A DNA stretch of 64,000 bases from Chara braunii (Eukaryota; Plantae; Charophyceae): positions 9,518,876 through 9,582,875 of the forward strand of contig BFEA01000003.1 of assembly GCA_003427395.1 (NCBI GenBank). The letters are read 5' to 3'. Positions 49,819 through 63,372 of the stretch are shown piece after piece. The notes under the pieces are model-generated. The model worked only from the letters and a program-made list of their open reading frames with translations. It was not told the DNA's origin and made no database searches. The translations under genes and the position numbers were made by a program. Each line of letters starts with the position of its first letter. Position 1 is the stretch's first letter.

Positions 49819-52800
49819 TTTTTTCATAATATGCTTTTAGCGCATCCATTAGTGACAGAGCCTTAGATCACTCACTATGTAATCGAACCTACAGTCGAGT
49901 CCAATTTCCTCCTTCTAGTGGAGAGGAAGCAGAGTTGAGCAAACCTCTACGCAGAATAGAACACAAAAAAAATGACACTTCTGATCTTGACCATATTGCA
50001 TTTGCTTTTACCTTGAGCTGTTGAAGCTTTAACAAGGCAGTGTGGGAAAACCAGCGAAGACTAGCTTCCTTGTTATCCTCAAATTTAACAAAAGTGTCTC
50101 TCTTAGTCATCTTGGCCTGGTCACCTATTTCTATGAGTGTTGCTTGAGGGTCAGGATCATAATGTTTTGAAAGAAAGTCATGCAAGTCCCTTTTAAAAGT
50201 TCGATCGCCCGCATTCTGATAATCAACATATGAAGTTCATCCTCTTAATGTCAATGCCCCATATTGGTCACTTCCAATTGGGGAAAAACCAACCTCCCAT
50301 CTTCCCACTTTTTCCCTTATTGGGATGATCAGGTTACCTTTATGTATTTTATTCTTAGATGCATCACCTTTTTCCAGTAAGTGTCTTATTTTCTGTCTCT
50401 TCCCTTGTTCCCCCAACCTATTAGATTGAGGCAAAAGAGTTTTTCCTAGTTCTGTTTGAGACTCTTCAACAGTAAGTTATTGAGAAGGTATTCCCCTTAA
50501 TTCCCTTTCCTTTTCATCTGTAATTTCTGTATTTTTTGTGTCCCGCTCTTTTCCTTCATTTTGTAGGGGAAAAGTACCTTGTGGCATCAATTCGTCACTT
50601 TTATTTTCCTCACTAATCACAATCACACTGTTGTCTTCTTTCTGATCCCCTCCCTTGATGCCCTTTTCCAATTCTATTTATGTGACATCAGAAGCCAACA
50701 CAATCTCTGTGTTGGTCTCCTTGTATGACTCAGCGTCTACCTTTGGGGGGGGCTCAAATATGTTCTAAATTGTGACTAAGATTCTTTGACTAACAATGCT
50801 CCATTGAGAGCCTTCTGGGAGACCATGCTGTAGAACATTCTTTAGACTGGGACTGCTGGTTAACATTTCTACCAACTGCACATATGAAGCATCCCAAAAC
50901 TCAACTGAGGCTTCACCATATTTGTCCTTTAAGTTCTTAAGCAACCATTCTGCCAATTGAGTGATTTGATGATCCTCTGAAATATCCGTGGCAACTGAGT
51001 CCGCAGCCTCTACATCTTCCATTTCAAAGTCTCCTTGCCCAGAGGTTGAGTCCACTTCCATCGGGGTTGGACCAAATGCCGTTTGGAAGGGGTCAGATTC
51101 TATTGCAGGTTTTTCTACACCCTGTTGCTCCATTGTCTCTTGCTGAGATCCTTCTCCTATTGAAGAGACTCCTGTTGTAAGCTGAGGGTCATCCTGTATA
51201 CCTTCCTGCCGAGATCCTTCCCCTATTGAAGATACTCCTGCTGTAAGCTGAGGGTCATCTTGTATACCTTCCCGCGTCTGCACTTTAAGTTCTTCTTTGT
51301 GCCTATTTACCATTTGTTTTTTTTTCCTCTTTTTTCTTTTTGAATTTTCTGGCTTAAAATTTTTTTATTCCATCCATTTTCTCTATTTCATTCTCTGAAT
51401 CAGATTCTGAGATTATTTTAGGGACAGATGCAGCATCACTGGCTCCAGTCTCTACCTCTTCTCTCTCAATATATTCTTCTGGATTTGGACCGAGCTGATG
51501 GGTTCCACGGTTGATCGGTTCCCAAATACTCTTCTTACTTATTTGAACCCCCCCTGTTCCCTTTGTTGCAACTCTGTGAGCATCCTGTCCTTGAGGGTTT
51601 TCCATTGACGAGGGCCTCTGGTTTTGCACTGCACCCTTCTGAATGCCTATAGGACTTCCATGATAGCCTTGCCTAGTCCCAGTGGGTGAACTTATGGCAC
51701 CACTCGTTTGCCCTTGAGAACCCTCTCTTGCCTCTTTGTTTTGTGGCTTACTGACCAATTCTGGTGGCACCCAACTGTCAGGAGGTTTTGATTCCAGATT
51801 GCGTTCACCTTCTCTTTCCCATGTCCATCCTTTGGATGGTTCTCCTTTCTTAGTACTTTCCACATAGACCCACCCCTCATGACCAGCATCCACCGTCCTC
51901 CATAATGTTTGCTTAAACGGATCTCTAATCAACCTACTTGTTGCTCTGCTCCTTTTTTGAGGATTCTGTTCACATGAAGTGTCAGAGCTCAAATGTTCGT
52001 ATGCCCTGCATCTGAAACACAACGGCCTCAGTTTATGGGTCGTGTGAATGTGATACTCTTTACCCCCTATCCGATATGGAATAACATCATCCAAGTTAAA
52101 CGGTACATTAGGTGGGTGATTAAGAGTTAGCATTAGGTAGTCATCTCTGCGCGCCGCAAAAGCAGGGAGGGGGTCAATGAAATCTACCACTTCATGCAAC
52201 TCCCCAAAATCCTGGATGAAAGCTGCTTGGATTTCTATTGGGATGTGCCTAAATTCTACCCAATAGTAATCCTCCATCATCTGAGATCGCTTCTCATCCG
52301 GCCCCTGCTTCAACGGCGTCCAGGGGTATATTCTGACTTCTGACCTGTCACGTCTCAATTTTCTCCATTCCTCAATGACTTTCTGATCTGCCTGGTGAAG
52401 ACATAATGCCGTAAAAATCGTTGCGGAAACCGGCTGGATAAGAAAATCCTCATTCATAGGCTGAGAGTCATTTACATATCCATTTAATTTTTTCATTTGT
52501 TGATTTGTAAGCAGCATCATCATAAAAAACCCAGTTGTTAGCATGAGTCTGATAGGTAGCATCTCGTTCCTGAACTTTATGTGACGGATATGTTTTCACC
52601 ATGGGTTTCCCCCCCCCCCCCACATCAATGACCTTTTTTATGAGGAAATCGGAAATTTAGATAAGAAAAAAACCTTTGCCGTGGGGATGTTGCGTAACGG
52701 TATCTACAAGGGTTGAGATTGCAACCCCTGCCTTTTAATTTCCAGTGCCTTTGCTTGAAAAGAGTCTTTTACACGCTGAACCCAGGGCGATTGTGATCCC

Positions 52801-53465
52801 ACGCCTTGATTGTTCTGAAAACCCTTGATGTTGGAAATGGGGAGGGAGCCCTTAGAACTGTCTTTCTGTTCTTCTGTGTTTCCTTCCCTTACCTCTGTCC
52901 CGTTTTTCTCCACCACTATTTCCTTTCCATCACTCCTCTCCTCTCCCCCATCCTTCCTTTCCTCTTCTTCCTTGTGTAATCCTCTTTTTTCCTCTTCCTT
53001 CCCTTTTCCTTTCCTTCTCACTTCCTCCCATTGCCAACCTATGCCTCCTCCCCCTCTTCCGCTTCCCACCCCCCCTGTTCCCCTTCCATACAGTGCTGCA
53101 TTCCTTCCCCCTTGCAGACCCATAATATTTATTGTTAACACATGTCCCTGGCCTCCTATATTGTTTTTCGACAGAGTTGTCAGAGTTGCGGCAGACCTCT
53201 CTATGCTAATCACCTCCTTTTTTATTGCTTCCTTAGTTGTTGTTAGCAATCCATTTGATGAGGGAAACATCATCTGATCCGTTGCTTTTAATACCTGACT
53301 GAAAAGGGGATTAATGATTAGTTTGTTGCCTTGTTGATCCAAATTGGAGACTGTTTGAACTTCTTCCACCGTTACCAAATCAGATGAGGAATTGGCCACA
53401 GAACTCATCATTTTTTGTTTTGTTTGTTCATTTTGCTCGTCTGAAGTCAACATTTCCCCTTCCAT
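49810..53465 (-). pseudogene. LINE ORF1 (fragmented) with zinc knuckle
   Basis: A series of same-strand ORFs upstream of ORF2, with CFRCRAYEHLSSDTSC and a 63-bp internal duplication at ~51145-51272. Confidence 0.78.
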
Positions 53466-54314
53466 TTTTTTTTATTTTTTTTTTGCATTGTGTTGTGTAG
53501 TTGTTAATATTTGCCTAGCTGTCAAGATGGTTTTTACCGGAGTGTGCAATTGCAAAGCCAGTTGACGCATCGCACCTCTAAACAATACTGTAGATTCAAC
53601 CATCCTGTGTTTTCTCTGGCGATGTAGAGTTCTAGGCATTGTACTTTGCACTGAGGTGAGGATCAACTCAAAAAATTAACCAGGAGGTATTTCAACCCTT
53701 CCTTTTAATTCTTTTTAAATTAATTTTTCAAAAAGAATTAATCAGAATTAATCAGTGTAAATAATATTACCTCCTTGATTTCCTATTATTCGATTATTTT
53801 TCGATTATTATTCGATTATTATTCGATTATTATTGTAATATTTTGTCAATGGCTGGGGGAACACTTCATAGAAGGGAAGAAGGAGAAAGGGAGAGGATAG
53901 GGAGATTTTAGAGAGGAGAGAAAACTTCACTGTCTGTCTTCCTGTGTGACTTCTCTTCTTCCTCTCTTCTGCTGCAATCTGCTTCACTCTCCACTTGTCC
54001 TCTTTCCTTGTATCTGCTTTTCCACCTTCCACTCCCTTCGTACCTTCCAATCATAGCATCGTCATATCGTAATACCGTCTGTATTACACCCAGAGTTCCC
54101 CGGTTACGGCTTCTCAACAAACACCCTTCCTTACCCCAGAGTTTCCCGGTTTCGCCTTTTCAACAAGCGCCCTCACAACCAACTCACCCTCTTACATCCA
54201 TATACCTCTGTAGATGACGTGAAAGACTCTCCCCTTTCCTTTACAGAGTTTCCCAGTTAATCTCAGAGATGGCCAGCTTCCTTCTACAGTCCAATAGTGC
54301 TGACACTTTCTCCC

Positions 54315-56145
54315 TCCAGTCCAGTAATGCCACGTGGAGATAGCTAAAGCAAATCCAGACTCGACAAAGAATTTTCAAATGTGTGCATCCAGTACATCCG
54401 ACCCGCCTGATGATGTGAAAACTATTTTCTACGTACGATACGGCTGACTCTCATGCGTCAGCCAGCGATAGGCTACAGGTCCTTCCTATCGGCTCGTGAC
54501 CAGTCCCGGAATGCCACGTGGAGGTGGAGATAGCAACAACAAATCCATGTACGACAGCACTGCCGACAGCACTGTCGTGATTCCTTCCAATCCTCCCTTG
54601 TACGTTGAATGTAATCCTAAGCATCTCAATCCATGTGCGACAGCATTGGCGCGATTCCCTCCAATCATCCCCTAGATGTTGAATATAATCCTATGCATCC
54701 CGCACCTCAAATGCACCAGACATCGCTAATGATCTTTCCCTTATTCATTCCAGTAGGCGCATATATTTCAGCGCTAAATCTGCCACAAATTATGGCGCTC
54801 TACCTGAGACACTCTTCGCTTGATTTTTTTTGACGAGGTGACAACAACGCTCCCTGTCACTTATCACAACACCCTTCAATTTTTCTTCACGATTTGGACC
54901 CCCCTTTTTGATACCTACCTCCAGCTCCGATCCGAGTAATGCTGATGTCTCATCCACATCCCAACACTTATCGCAGCGGTAGCCTAGTTCCTCCAGTCCA
55001 GTAATGCCACGTGGAGATGGCCACAGCAGTTCCAGATCCGACAATGAATTTTCATACGTTTGCAGCCCGCCTGATAATGTGAGATCTGTTGTGTACGTGC
55101 GGTACTGCTGATTCTCATGATCCAGCCAGTGATGGGCTACAAATATTTCCTATCGGCTCGTGAACATTATATTCATCAACCGCACATATTCTTACACCTC
55201 CTGTCCAGGAATGCCACATGGAGATATAGATAGCAGCAACCAATCCAGATTTGACAGCACTGGCGCGATTTCCTCCGATCCTCCCTTAGTCGTCGAATGT
55301 ATACCTATACATCCCGCACCTCAAAAGCACCAAACCTCGTTAATGATCTTACCCACATTTACTCCAGCAGGCGCATATACTCCAGCGTTAAGTCCGCCAA
55401 AAATTATGGCGTGCTTTTTTGACGAGGTGATATGTCCAGCGAACAACACGCATCACAGAGATTTCCAATATTAACGCGATGTCACCTTCCTCTTAAAATC
55501 CAGTCATAAAGCATAGAGGCAACTTGCACCAAATCCGGGCACACCACGTAGTTTTCACACGTGTACATCCATCACGACAGACACGCCTGATAGCGCGAAT
55601 ACTCTTGCACACATGCGCTCCTAGCAGCGGCGAAATGTGCGCACGTAGTCTGCTCCTCCCCTGATCCAACCATTTCCACCCGCTCTCTCTGGCTTCAATG
55701 GCGTCTAAATACTTCGTCTTCTTCCTCACTCGGGGAACTCAGGCATCATCATGTATTGGAAGAGCCAACCTTTGATGATAGCACTTATGACTATAGCCTT
55801 GTCCTAGCGCACTAATTTCATCCCTGAAACTCTACTTCATACATGTTATTCCAGGTACCTTTCAAGATAAGCATCTCTCATGGCTTCCTGGTTCCCGCTT
55901 CTCAGCGAGCTCGCTTTCAACACCACGAGCCTGTCATGGCTATGTCCAGCAAACAACACGCATCACAGAGATTTCCAATACTAACGCAATGTCACCTTTC
56001 TCCTAAAATCCAGTCATAAAGCATAGAGGTAACTTGCGCCAAATCCGGGCGCGCCACGTAGTTTTCACACGTGTACATCCAGCACGACAGATGCTCCTGA
56101 TAGCGCGAGTGCTCTTGCATACATGCGTTCCTAGCAACGGCGACT
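54315..56145 (-). repeat. Two pairs of diverged direct duplications with decayed coding character
   Basis: ~54315-54840 versus ~54990-55430, and ~55430-55632 versus ~55941-56142. Confidence 0.7.
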
Positions 56146-56339
56146 CGGCGTCACAGGAGAGGTCAATCCCGTTGCTGGTGGGACCTCGCCCCAGGGGAGC
56201 GGTGGCTGAGGCTCTTCCAGCCCTAATGCGAAGACTCTGAGGCGTGTGTTTAAATGGGAAGAGGCATTTGATTGCAAAAAAAAATAGGGACGAGGCCGGG
56301 GACCTCACAATTCCACCCGGTGTTATCCTGGCAGCCTTA

Positions 56340-56747
56340 GGGCATACTCACACGGCGACCCCAAATCCGCAATTTGGGAAGGACCGTTTTGAGGTTTTGG
56401 GCATGGTTCACGTCACACTGCTGTGCCTTTTCAGATGGGACAAGGTCACGAGCGTCTGGAGAAATGGGGATTTGGTACTTGGCTGGTCACACGGCGCCAG
56501 CCACTAATTGTGCAAGAACTTTTGTGAACGAATTTTTGCCAATTTTCGAAAAAAAATGCAACAAATGAAAAAGGGCATTTGCGGTCACCTCCAGAGGTGA
56601 CCTCAAAATCCCTTGCCCCGCAGCTTCCCAGGCCGCTGACAAATGGGCACTGGAATGTACATTTGCAAATTTGGTAGATCCGTGTGACCGGCGTTTTACC
56701 CTTTTTTTGTGGATTTTGAGATTATAGGTCCCCGTGTGAGTATGCCC
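56340..56747. mobile_element. Tourist/Harbinger-like MITE
   Basis: Perfect TIR GGGCATACTCACACGG; flanks TTA / TCA. Confidence 0.8.
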
Positions 56748-56900
56748 TCAGCCAGTTTGGCTTACGTGCCCCGCTCGAAACTCTCTAGTATTCAAATTAA
56801 ACCCATCTGTCAGCTGGAAACCGGGTCCACCGTCCCATTCTTACCAGCACAGTGTAAAAAAGGTTGTAATCAAATTCATAATTGGAGACTTGGGCACTGG

Positions 56901-56945
<45 letters not shown>

Positions 56946-57103
56946 CAGTACCTCCGAGCCTGTTTTTGCCGACCCTGATTTTCACTGCGCTCCGAGTTTT
57001 GCCGAGCCTGGGTCCCACTCCATTTCTTTATGGTACTCTCACGGAAAAAAAAAAAAAAAAAGTTGCGGCCGTGAAAACTCAGAAAACAAGAAAAAAAAAC
57101 AAA

Positions 57104-57541
57104 GCTCTGGGCCTGATTGCAGTTGTATACATTCTCGGAAGTGTAAGTGTGAGTGTGCCCTCAGTGAGGGCATCTCAGCCCCGTGGCCAGGTTGTCAGAT
57201 TTCAAAAACTCAAAAAAAAAAAAAAAACGGACAAACATGGATTCGCCCGTGAAAATGGCAAGATACATTCCCGTAAGTGCCGTGTGATCAGGGTTACAAT
57301 CCCTGTCTCTTATACACATCTAGATGTGTATAAGAGACAGGCTCTGGGCGTGATTGCAGTTGTATACATTCGCGGAAGTGTAAGTGTGAGTGTGCCCTCA
57401 GGGAGGGCATCTCAGCCCCGTGGCCAGGTCGTCAGATTTCATAAACTCAAAAAAAAAAAAAAAACGGACAAACATGGATTCGCCCGTGAAAATGGCAAGA
57501 TACATTCCCGTAAGTGCCAGTGTGATCAGGGTTACAATCCT
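57104..57541 (+). repeat. ~200-bp direct duplication joined by an adapter sequence
   Basis: 57104-57302 versus 57341-57541 with a few substitutions; a degenerate third unit follows. Confidence 0.75.
57303..57340. other. Nextera mate-pair junction adapter (assembly artefact)
   Basis: Exact CTGTCTCTTATACACATCT-AGATGTGTATAAGAGACAG. Confidence 0.98.
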
Positions 57542-59365
57542 CTGAGGGAACANAGCTCGAGCAGATCACGGATTCAGATTGTCAGAGTCCAGAAAATGAA
57601 AACAAGAAAAAAAAAACGAAAACATGGATTCGGCCTTGAAAACGGCTGGATACATCAGTGTTACAATCATCTGAGGAAACAACACTAGAGCAGATCACGG
57701 ATTTCGCCCTACCTCGTTGGCAGGGTACTCCTAACAAACAAATACAAAAGAAAAAAAGAAAACAACAAGTTTGAGAACGTGACCGTCGTTGCTGTAAGAT
57801 GCATGCAAAACTGTGAGGCTGTATGAGCACTGTCTCCTAGACATCCCTTCCCGACATCATTGCAGTACAAAGGCCCGTTTTTTTNCCTTTCCCTTTCGTG
57901 CACGGACAAAAAAAAAAATACGACTTTTGGGACATTGCCGACCCTCTGTCCGACCCCCAAGAAGTTCGGGTACTGGCCAGTATCACGTAATTTCCCAGCA
58001 CTGGGGAAGGTACTGGTGGTTTAAACACTCAACCAGCACACACTCCCACCATCTACCTAGTCTATACTGCATTTCCCTCTCCCAGTAGATTTTACCTCAT
58101 AATTTGTTCTACTCAATTCAGCAGGTCAGTGAGAACCTCGCTCCATCTTATTCACAGTGTGGGACAGTAGTAGGCCCATTGATCCTACCGTCGGCTTATC
58201 AGCTTCTAACTACAGGCCTCTCTTGGTTCCCGGACTTACCGTCAACGGCTAACCTATCTCCCTCTTGCAGGAGAAAAACAAACCGAGAGAAACTTATTGT
58301 CAACGGGTAAAAGGATCATGGTAAAAATTCCACACTTGAGGCCTACTGCAAGAGACAAACAAACCGAGAGCAACTTATTGTCAAGGGGTAAAACGATCAC
58401 AGTAACAATTCCACACTTGAGGCCTACAGTAACTATCATTTCCTCCCACCCTCTCTGGGTGATAGCGAAGGAGATGTGATCGGTTGGGACCACCTCCACT
58501 GTAACCGCAGACAGTTGATTTCGCCTTCAAGTTGCCCATGTGAACAGGAACTAGATTCTGTCTGCCGGGGTTTGGCCATGATCTCGCTTCCTCCCCCAGT
58601 CCGCCGTGATCATTGTACGAATCATGGACTTCGTTTTAGCTTTGAGTCGGAATCCGGTGTCCGACGTCCATTCATTGGTGAACAGGAGATTATTTTCTGT
58701 CTTCCCAAATGACGCACATGATTGCAGAACGAACAGCTTGCGCCATGTACCGCCACCCTCGTTTGTTGAAGAAGAGAGGGGGAGGGGGGGGGAAGGAGGC
58801 AAACGCGCTGAAGTGACCCAGTTTTGATTCCATTGCAGGCTTGAACCAAGTCGATGTCAGTGGTCCCCCACCACTGCCATGATATCCTTTTGGATGCTGG
58901 GCAGTGACTATCCTAGGACTCCTCCCGTCTATTACCAAATCGGCTGCACATTGAGGAGACAGCCATTGCCTTTACCCGCCAACCACTTTCAAATTGATGT
59001 CGGGACTGCAGAGTGCGTGATATTAAGTCATAAGAGGCCAGTCTGAGAGAGTTTTAGGCTAGGAAGGATTGCCAACTGTGACCAGACTAACTTCAGCTCT
59101 GGGATTGATAGCGGACGGCTCTGGGAGGTTGAGCATTTGAGTCGCCTTAGCCCCTATTATATTGAACAAATTGACTGATTCCCGAAGCTGTCTGCCAAGT
59201 TTCATGTTATATTGCGCCAGTCTGAGAGCCAGAGACACTTCCGAATAGTCTAAGATCTCCCCTGAGTATTCCATAGGTTATGGAGTTAGGGTCAAATCTT
59301 AGCTAAGCCTTCTGGATTTCAACCCCTCCCTGAATAAGAGTGTAGGCAGATAGCGTGCTGGCTAA

Positions 59366-59823
59366 GGGCGTCGTTAGACACCACTCGGGGACGTGATTCC
59401 AAGGATTTCGTCTTCGTTCCACCTGTCCTGTCCTCGGAGATGAAATCGGCAATGAAAATGTGAAAACACTCTAAGGTCCTTGGGTTCCGAGGATTTCCCA
59501 CCCAAATCGCCCTCGGCTCCAAAGGACCTCGCGAGGTCCTTTGGGGCCCGAGGATCCGTGTTTCACAGAGAGGAGAGGGCATGCACGTAGAGAGATGTTA
59601 CAACCGAGAATTCGGATCCTGGCTGCACCCTATTGGCTGAAAGCCTGAAGCACAACTTTTTTTCTTGTTTTTTTTCCTTTTATTTTTCTGACATTGCTCT
59701 GAGGACGAGTCCTAAAACCGATGCTCCCAGGATGAGTGTAACGAAGACGACAAAAACCCTAAACTTTTCCGAGGATTCATCCTCGGAGCCCGAGGATGCG
59801 CCGCAGAGTGTTTAACGACGCCC
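59366..59823. mobile_element. Tourist/Harbinger-like MITE, TAA TSD
   Basis: TIRs GGGCGTCGTTAGACAC / GTGTTTAACGACGCCC, with TAA on both sides and target GGC-TAA-GCC. Confidence 0.87.
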
Positions 59824-59887
59824 TAAGCCTGGCTTCAGTTGGGTGCACCTCTCGTATGGCTGCTACCTTCTTCCCCCAAATACAACG

Positions 59888-62800
59888 TTTTTTTTTTTTT
59901 TTTTTTTTTTTTGAAGAAGAAGAAGAAGAAACAACCCAAAATGTTGCTAGAGGTGTTGATAAGAGCAGACACCACTAGCACCATCGGGGAGGCTCCATCT
60001 ATTGGTGGGGAGCGACACCTGCTGGAAACCAGGTCCAGCGTCCCATTGATACATCTTTACTGAGAAAATCAGTTCTTACATCAGATTTGTTGTTCAGACA
60101 GCTACTTAGGGGATGGGTGTCTTCTGTCAGCATTAATTGCTCTGGCTGCTTCCAGAGGATTAGCTGCACAAGGCTTTTGAAAGGGGAAAACCTCTTCGCC
60201 TGGGGTGAGGCGCCAGAAAAATCCTGATACTCCTAGTTTCCTCTTCCTTCCACCTTCTTCCTCTCCTGTTGCGCACCACCTTTATCTGCTCAACCTTTCC
60301 CCTGGTGATCCCTTTGTAGTTCATGTAGCTTTGTCAGGGCCTCCGCACGCTCGTTGTCGTCCTTCCTCTGGGGGGCACCAGAGGGATGTTAACTTGCCGC
60401 TGTGAGGCCACTTGATCTTTTGCTGTTGTGAGGCCACTGCATTCCCGAACCATATCCTCCTTAATGGCTATACCATGCCTGGTCTACAATTGTCAGGGCA
60501 TTCGGGGGGAAGGGATCTGGGAAGTCCCGCGGGGGGCGAAGGGGTACTGTCGGGTCTAAGTCAGTCCAGTTATTGAAGATTAGCTTATAATCTTTGTGCA
60601 ATGTTCCCTTTCTCCCCTTGTCTAGATCAGTCTCATTTCCTTTGTTTTTTCCTTCCCATTTTACTGATGCTATCCATCCTCCTTGTTCACTCCCCAACCA
60701 TTCTTTCCTGTAAGCATCGATCTTCTTTTGGATTTCAGGGATGTCATTCAAGAGGGTCAATTTCCTTTCTGTCTCCTGCCATCTTGCTTGCAAATCTGTT
60801 TGTATATGCAGTTTAATTTGCTCTGTTACTTCTTGTCCTTCCACTCTTGCTCTGTCAATAGCCAATATACATCTTTTCCACCACAACGTCCATAGAATAG
60901 CTTGTCTGTCCAGTTGAAACATATTGAACCTGAATTCGCTTGGCTGTCCTTAGGGCCAATACCCTGTGAGTATCGCTCTCCATTCCCAAGGCCAGTCTTC
61001 GTCGCCTACTGTTTTGAAATTCTTCCAAATCCGGTCCCACCATCTCCACGTGAGGACTGTTCCTGGGCACTGCAGGAATATGTGTTCTATGGTTTCTGGT
61101 ATCTTCCTGTTTGGGAAGTTTTGCAGACAACTGGGACACCACGGGGACGCTAATCCCTTCTGTTCTAAACGTGTGTGGTCTATCAGCTAGTTTTGAGTGG
61201 GAAGGCATCTGTGGGCGATTTGCCATTGTAATGAAGTGATCTTCGCTGGTTTCTTCTTTGTCTCGTGAAACCATTTAATTGGTTTCAGTAAATTTGTTGG
61301 TATGTTGAGGTGTTTAGCCCATCTGTCGTTGATGTTGTCCACCAATTTTTTGGGGGGGCGGAGAGCGGATTTAACCGAGAGTCTGTGGAAGAACAAGGTT
61401 TTTTTTTGTCCCTTCGGAGGGGATCCCCAGGGGGTCCAACTCCAACTTTGTGGGTCGAAGGGTAACATGGCAACTGAGGTTTCCGGTTGGTACAACAGTC
61501 TTTCTTGTCCATTTTCTATCACCCTGATTCTGAAGATCTGATTTCTTTCAATCCACTGAAACAGGTCACGTTGCCCTCCAACCGATTTCTCCCTCTTACT
61601 GCATAGAGTTCGATAAGTGTATCCTACTGACGAAGCTCATGAACCAAGCTGACCCACCCTTTTCTCTCAGCTATTGCAACCCAGTCCCCCTCCTGCAGTT
61701 TAGGTCCCTTCTTGAGGATGCGATACCAGTCTACCGGGACTGAGAAGATCAAACTTGAATATTCCAGACGGTCCTCCCTTGCACGAGTGTATTTGAGCTG
61801 GTCTTTAAGTTGGTCCACTTTTTTCCAATCCGGCTCTTGTTCATCCCACAGGTCCCCGACTCTGGTGATCCCATTTTGTACCCAGTTCTTCCAGGACACT
61901 GCTGTGCTGTGCAGAACCTGTCCCCTCGTGTCCGTTACCCACCTATTGCCGAACAGGGGCTACCTATATACCTCCTCCCATCTGTCTGGGGCCCGTTTGT
62001 CTGGCAGGGGTAGTCTTCTCCAGTTTCTTATGAGCTCCGGCCAGAATGTGTCTCGGGTTGTACTTGTTCTGCCTTCGGATCATGGGAGAGCCCGATATTT
62101 GTCTTCTAACCATAACAAGGGGTCGACATAAGAAGATGTTTGTGGAGCCAATCTTTTGATTTGGTCCAGTGCCAGCGCGCTCCATGGAGAGTATGGTTCC
62201 ATTATGAGTTTTTGGATCCATTTTAGGCTGAGCGCTGCTGTCTGCGTGGAGGGGTCGATAATGCCCAGTCCTCCTTGGGATTTGGGCTGAATGACTGAGT
62301 CCCACGCCACTCTGCTGATTGTTGCTGGTGATTCGTGATCTCCTCTCTAGAGGAAGGCTGCCATCGCAATGTTTTTTGTGCTTCGTTGCTCAGGGGCCAT
62401 ATTAGTGACTTGTACCACAGTGCGACTAACACCACGTTATTTATTACTAAGGCTCGTCCAAATAGCGAGGTGTGTTTCCCTTTCCATGCCATCATTTTCT
62501 GTAGGGCCGGTCCTGTGATCCATTCGTCATTTGAGGGTGGGCGGCCTTCCACCGTCATTTGGACCCCTAAGACTCTGACCGGTGTGCCCTTGTCCAGCCA
62601 GTTTACTTTAGGTTCCTCCGGTGGCCTCCCACCCTGAGAGTGTATCCACCATCCTTGAGTTTTACTCCCCCAGTTTATGGCCATATCGGAAACTCTACAG
62701 AATTTATCCATTAGTTTGCGAGTTGCCTCCATGTTCTCTCGTGTGGCTGCTACCATTATTGTCAGGTCATTCGCGAAGAGGGAGAAGATCGGGAATGCTT

Positions 62801-62918
62801 CCTCAGGTATGGAAGTTACCCGGATCTTTCTCAGGTCCTTGTGTTGTCTTATATTTGCGGCCAGAGCCTCCATTATTATCACAAAAAGAAAGGGCGCTAG
62901 AGGGTCTCCCTGGTAGCC
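59888..62918 (-). mobile_element. 5'-truncated L1/Tx1-like LINE with TSD
   Basis: RT from QGDPLAP / LFAND through the zinc finger to the ORF2 end, then 3' UTR and poly(A). TSD CCCCCAAATACAACG at 59873-59887 and 62919-62933. Confidence 0.92.
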
Positions 62919-63017
62919 CCCCCAAATACAACGTACGGTACGTTCATTATAGCTGTATTTGAGACATCTTTCCGTCTCTATACAGCTATAATGACCGTAC
63001 GTTGTATTTGGGGGAAG
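62919..63017. repeat. ~100-bp palindrome (MITE-like), target of the LINE insertion
   Basis: CCCCCAAATACAACGTACGGT..CATTATAGCTGTAT / ATACAGCTATAATG.ACCGTACGTTGTATTTGGGGG; the outer arm continues at 59862-59872. Confidence 0.85.
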
Positions 63018-63187
63018 ACGTTAGCTGTTGATCTGTGTCCAGTGAGTGTCCAGTGAGGCTTCTTGAATGAGGCGAAGCTTCTGGGGTTCCCCCTGGCTCT
63101 TCAAGTTTCCTACTTCCCACTCTGTAACCATCCACTCTAGGACTTAATGTTCTCCGTTGATGTCCTCCAGCTTGTGAACTCTTTGTG

Positions 63188-63372
63188 TGCAATCTGCATC
63201 TTGAGTCTTCCTGTACCAGCTTCCTACCTTGGGGCAATCTGCATCTTGAGTCTTCGTGTACCAGCTTCCTACCTTGGGGCTGACTTCCCTCTTGAGCATT
63301 TGTGGGCAATCTGCATCTGGAGTCTTCCGATACCAGCTTCCTACCTTGGGGCTGACTTCCGTCTTTAGCATT
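63188..63372. repeat. Minisatellite (3 units)
   Basis: GCAATCTGCATCTTGAGTCTTC..TACCAGCTTCCTACCTTGGGGC repeated three times. Confidence 0.88.

Larger units (their letters stand above)
44948..54200 (-). mobile_element. Near full-length L1/Tx1-like LINE (decayed)
   Basis: ORF1, ORF2, 3' UTR and poly(A) are present. The 5' boundary is approximate and the TSD is hidden by a gap. Confidence 0.88.
42484..56191. mobile_element. Possible large Harbinger-TIR-bounded element carrying cargo, with a LINE inserted
   Basis: GGGCGAGGTCCCATCAGCA at 42484 and TGCTGGTGGGACCTCGCCC ending at 56191 match at 18/19. Flanks are CTG / CAG. Confidence 0.5.

Noticed and set aside
57303-57340. Perfect 38-bp palindrome resembling Tn5/IS50 ends
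   Set aside because: It is the exact Nextera junction adapter, so technical in origin.
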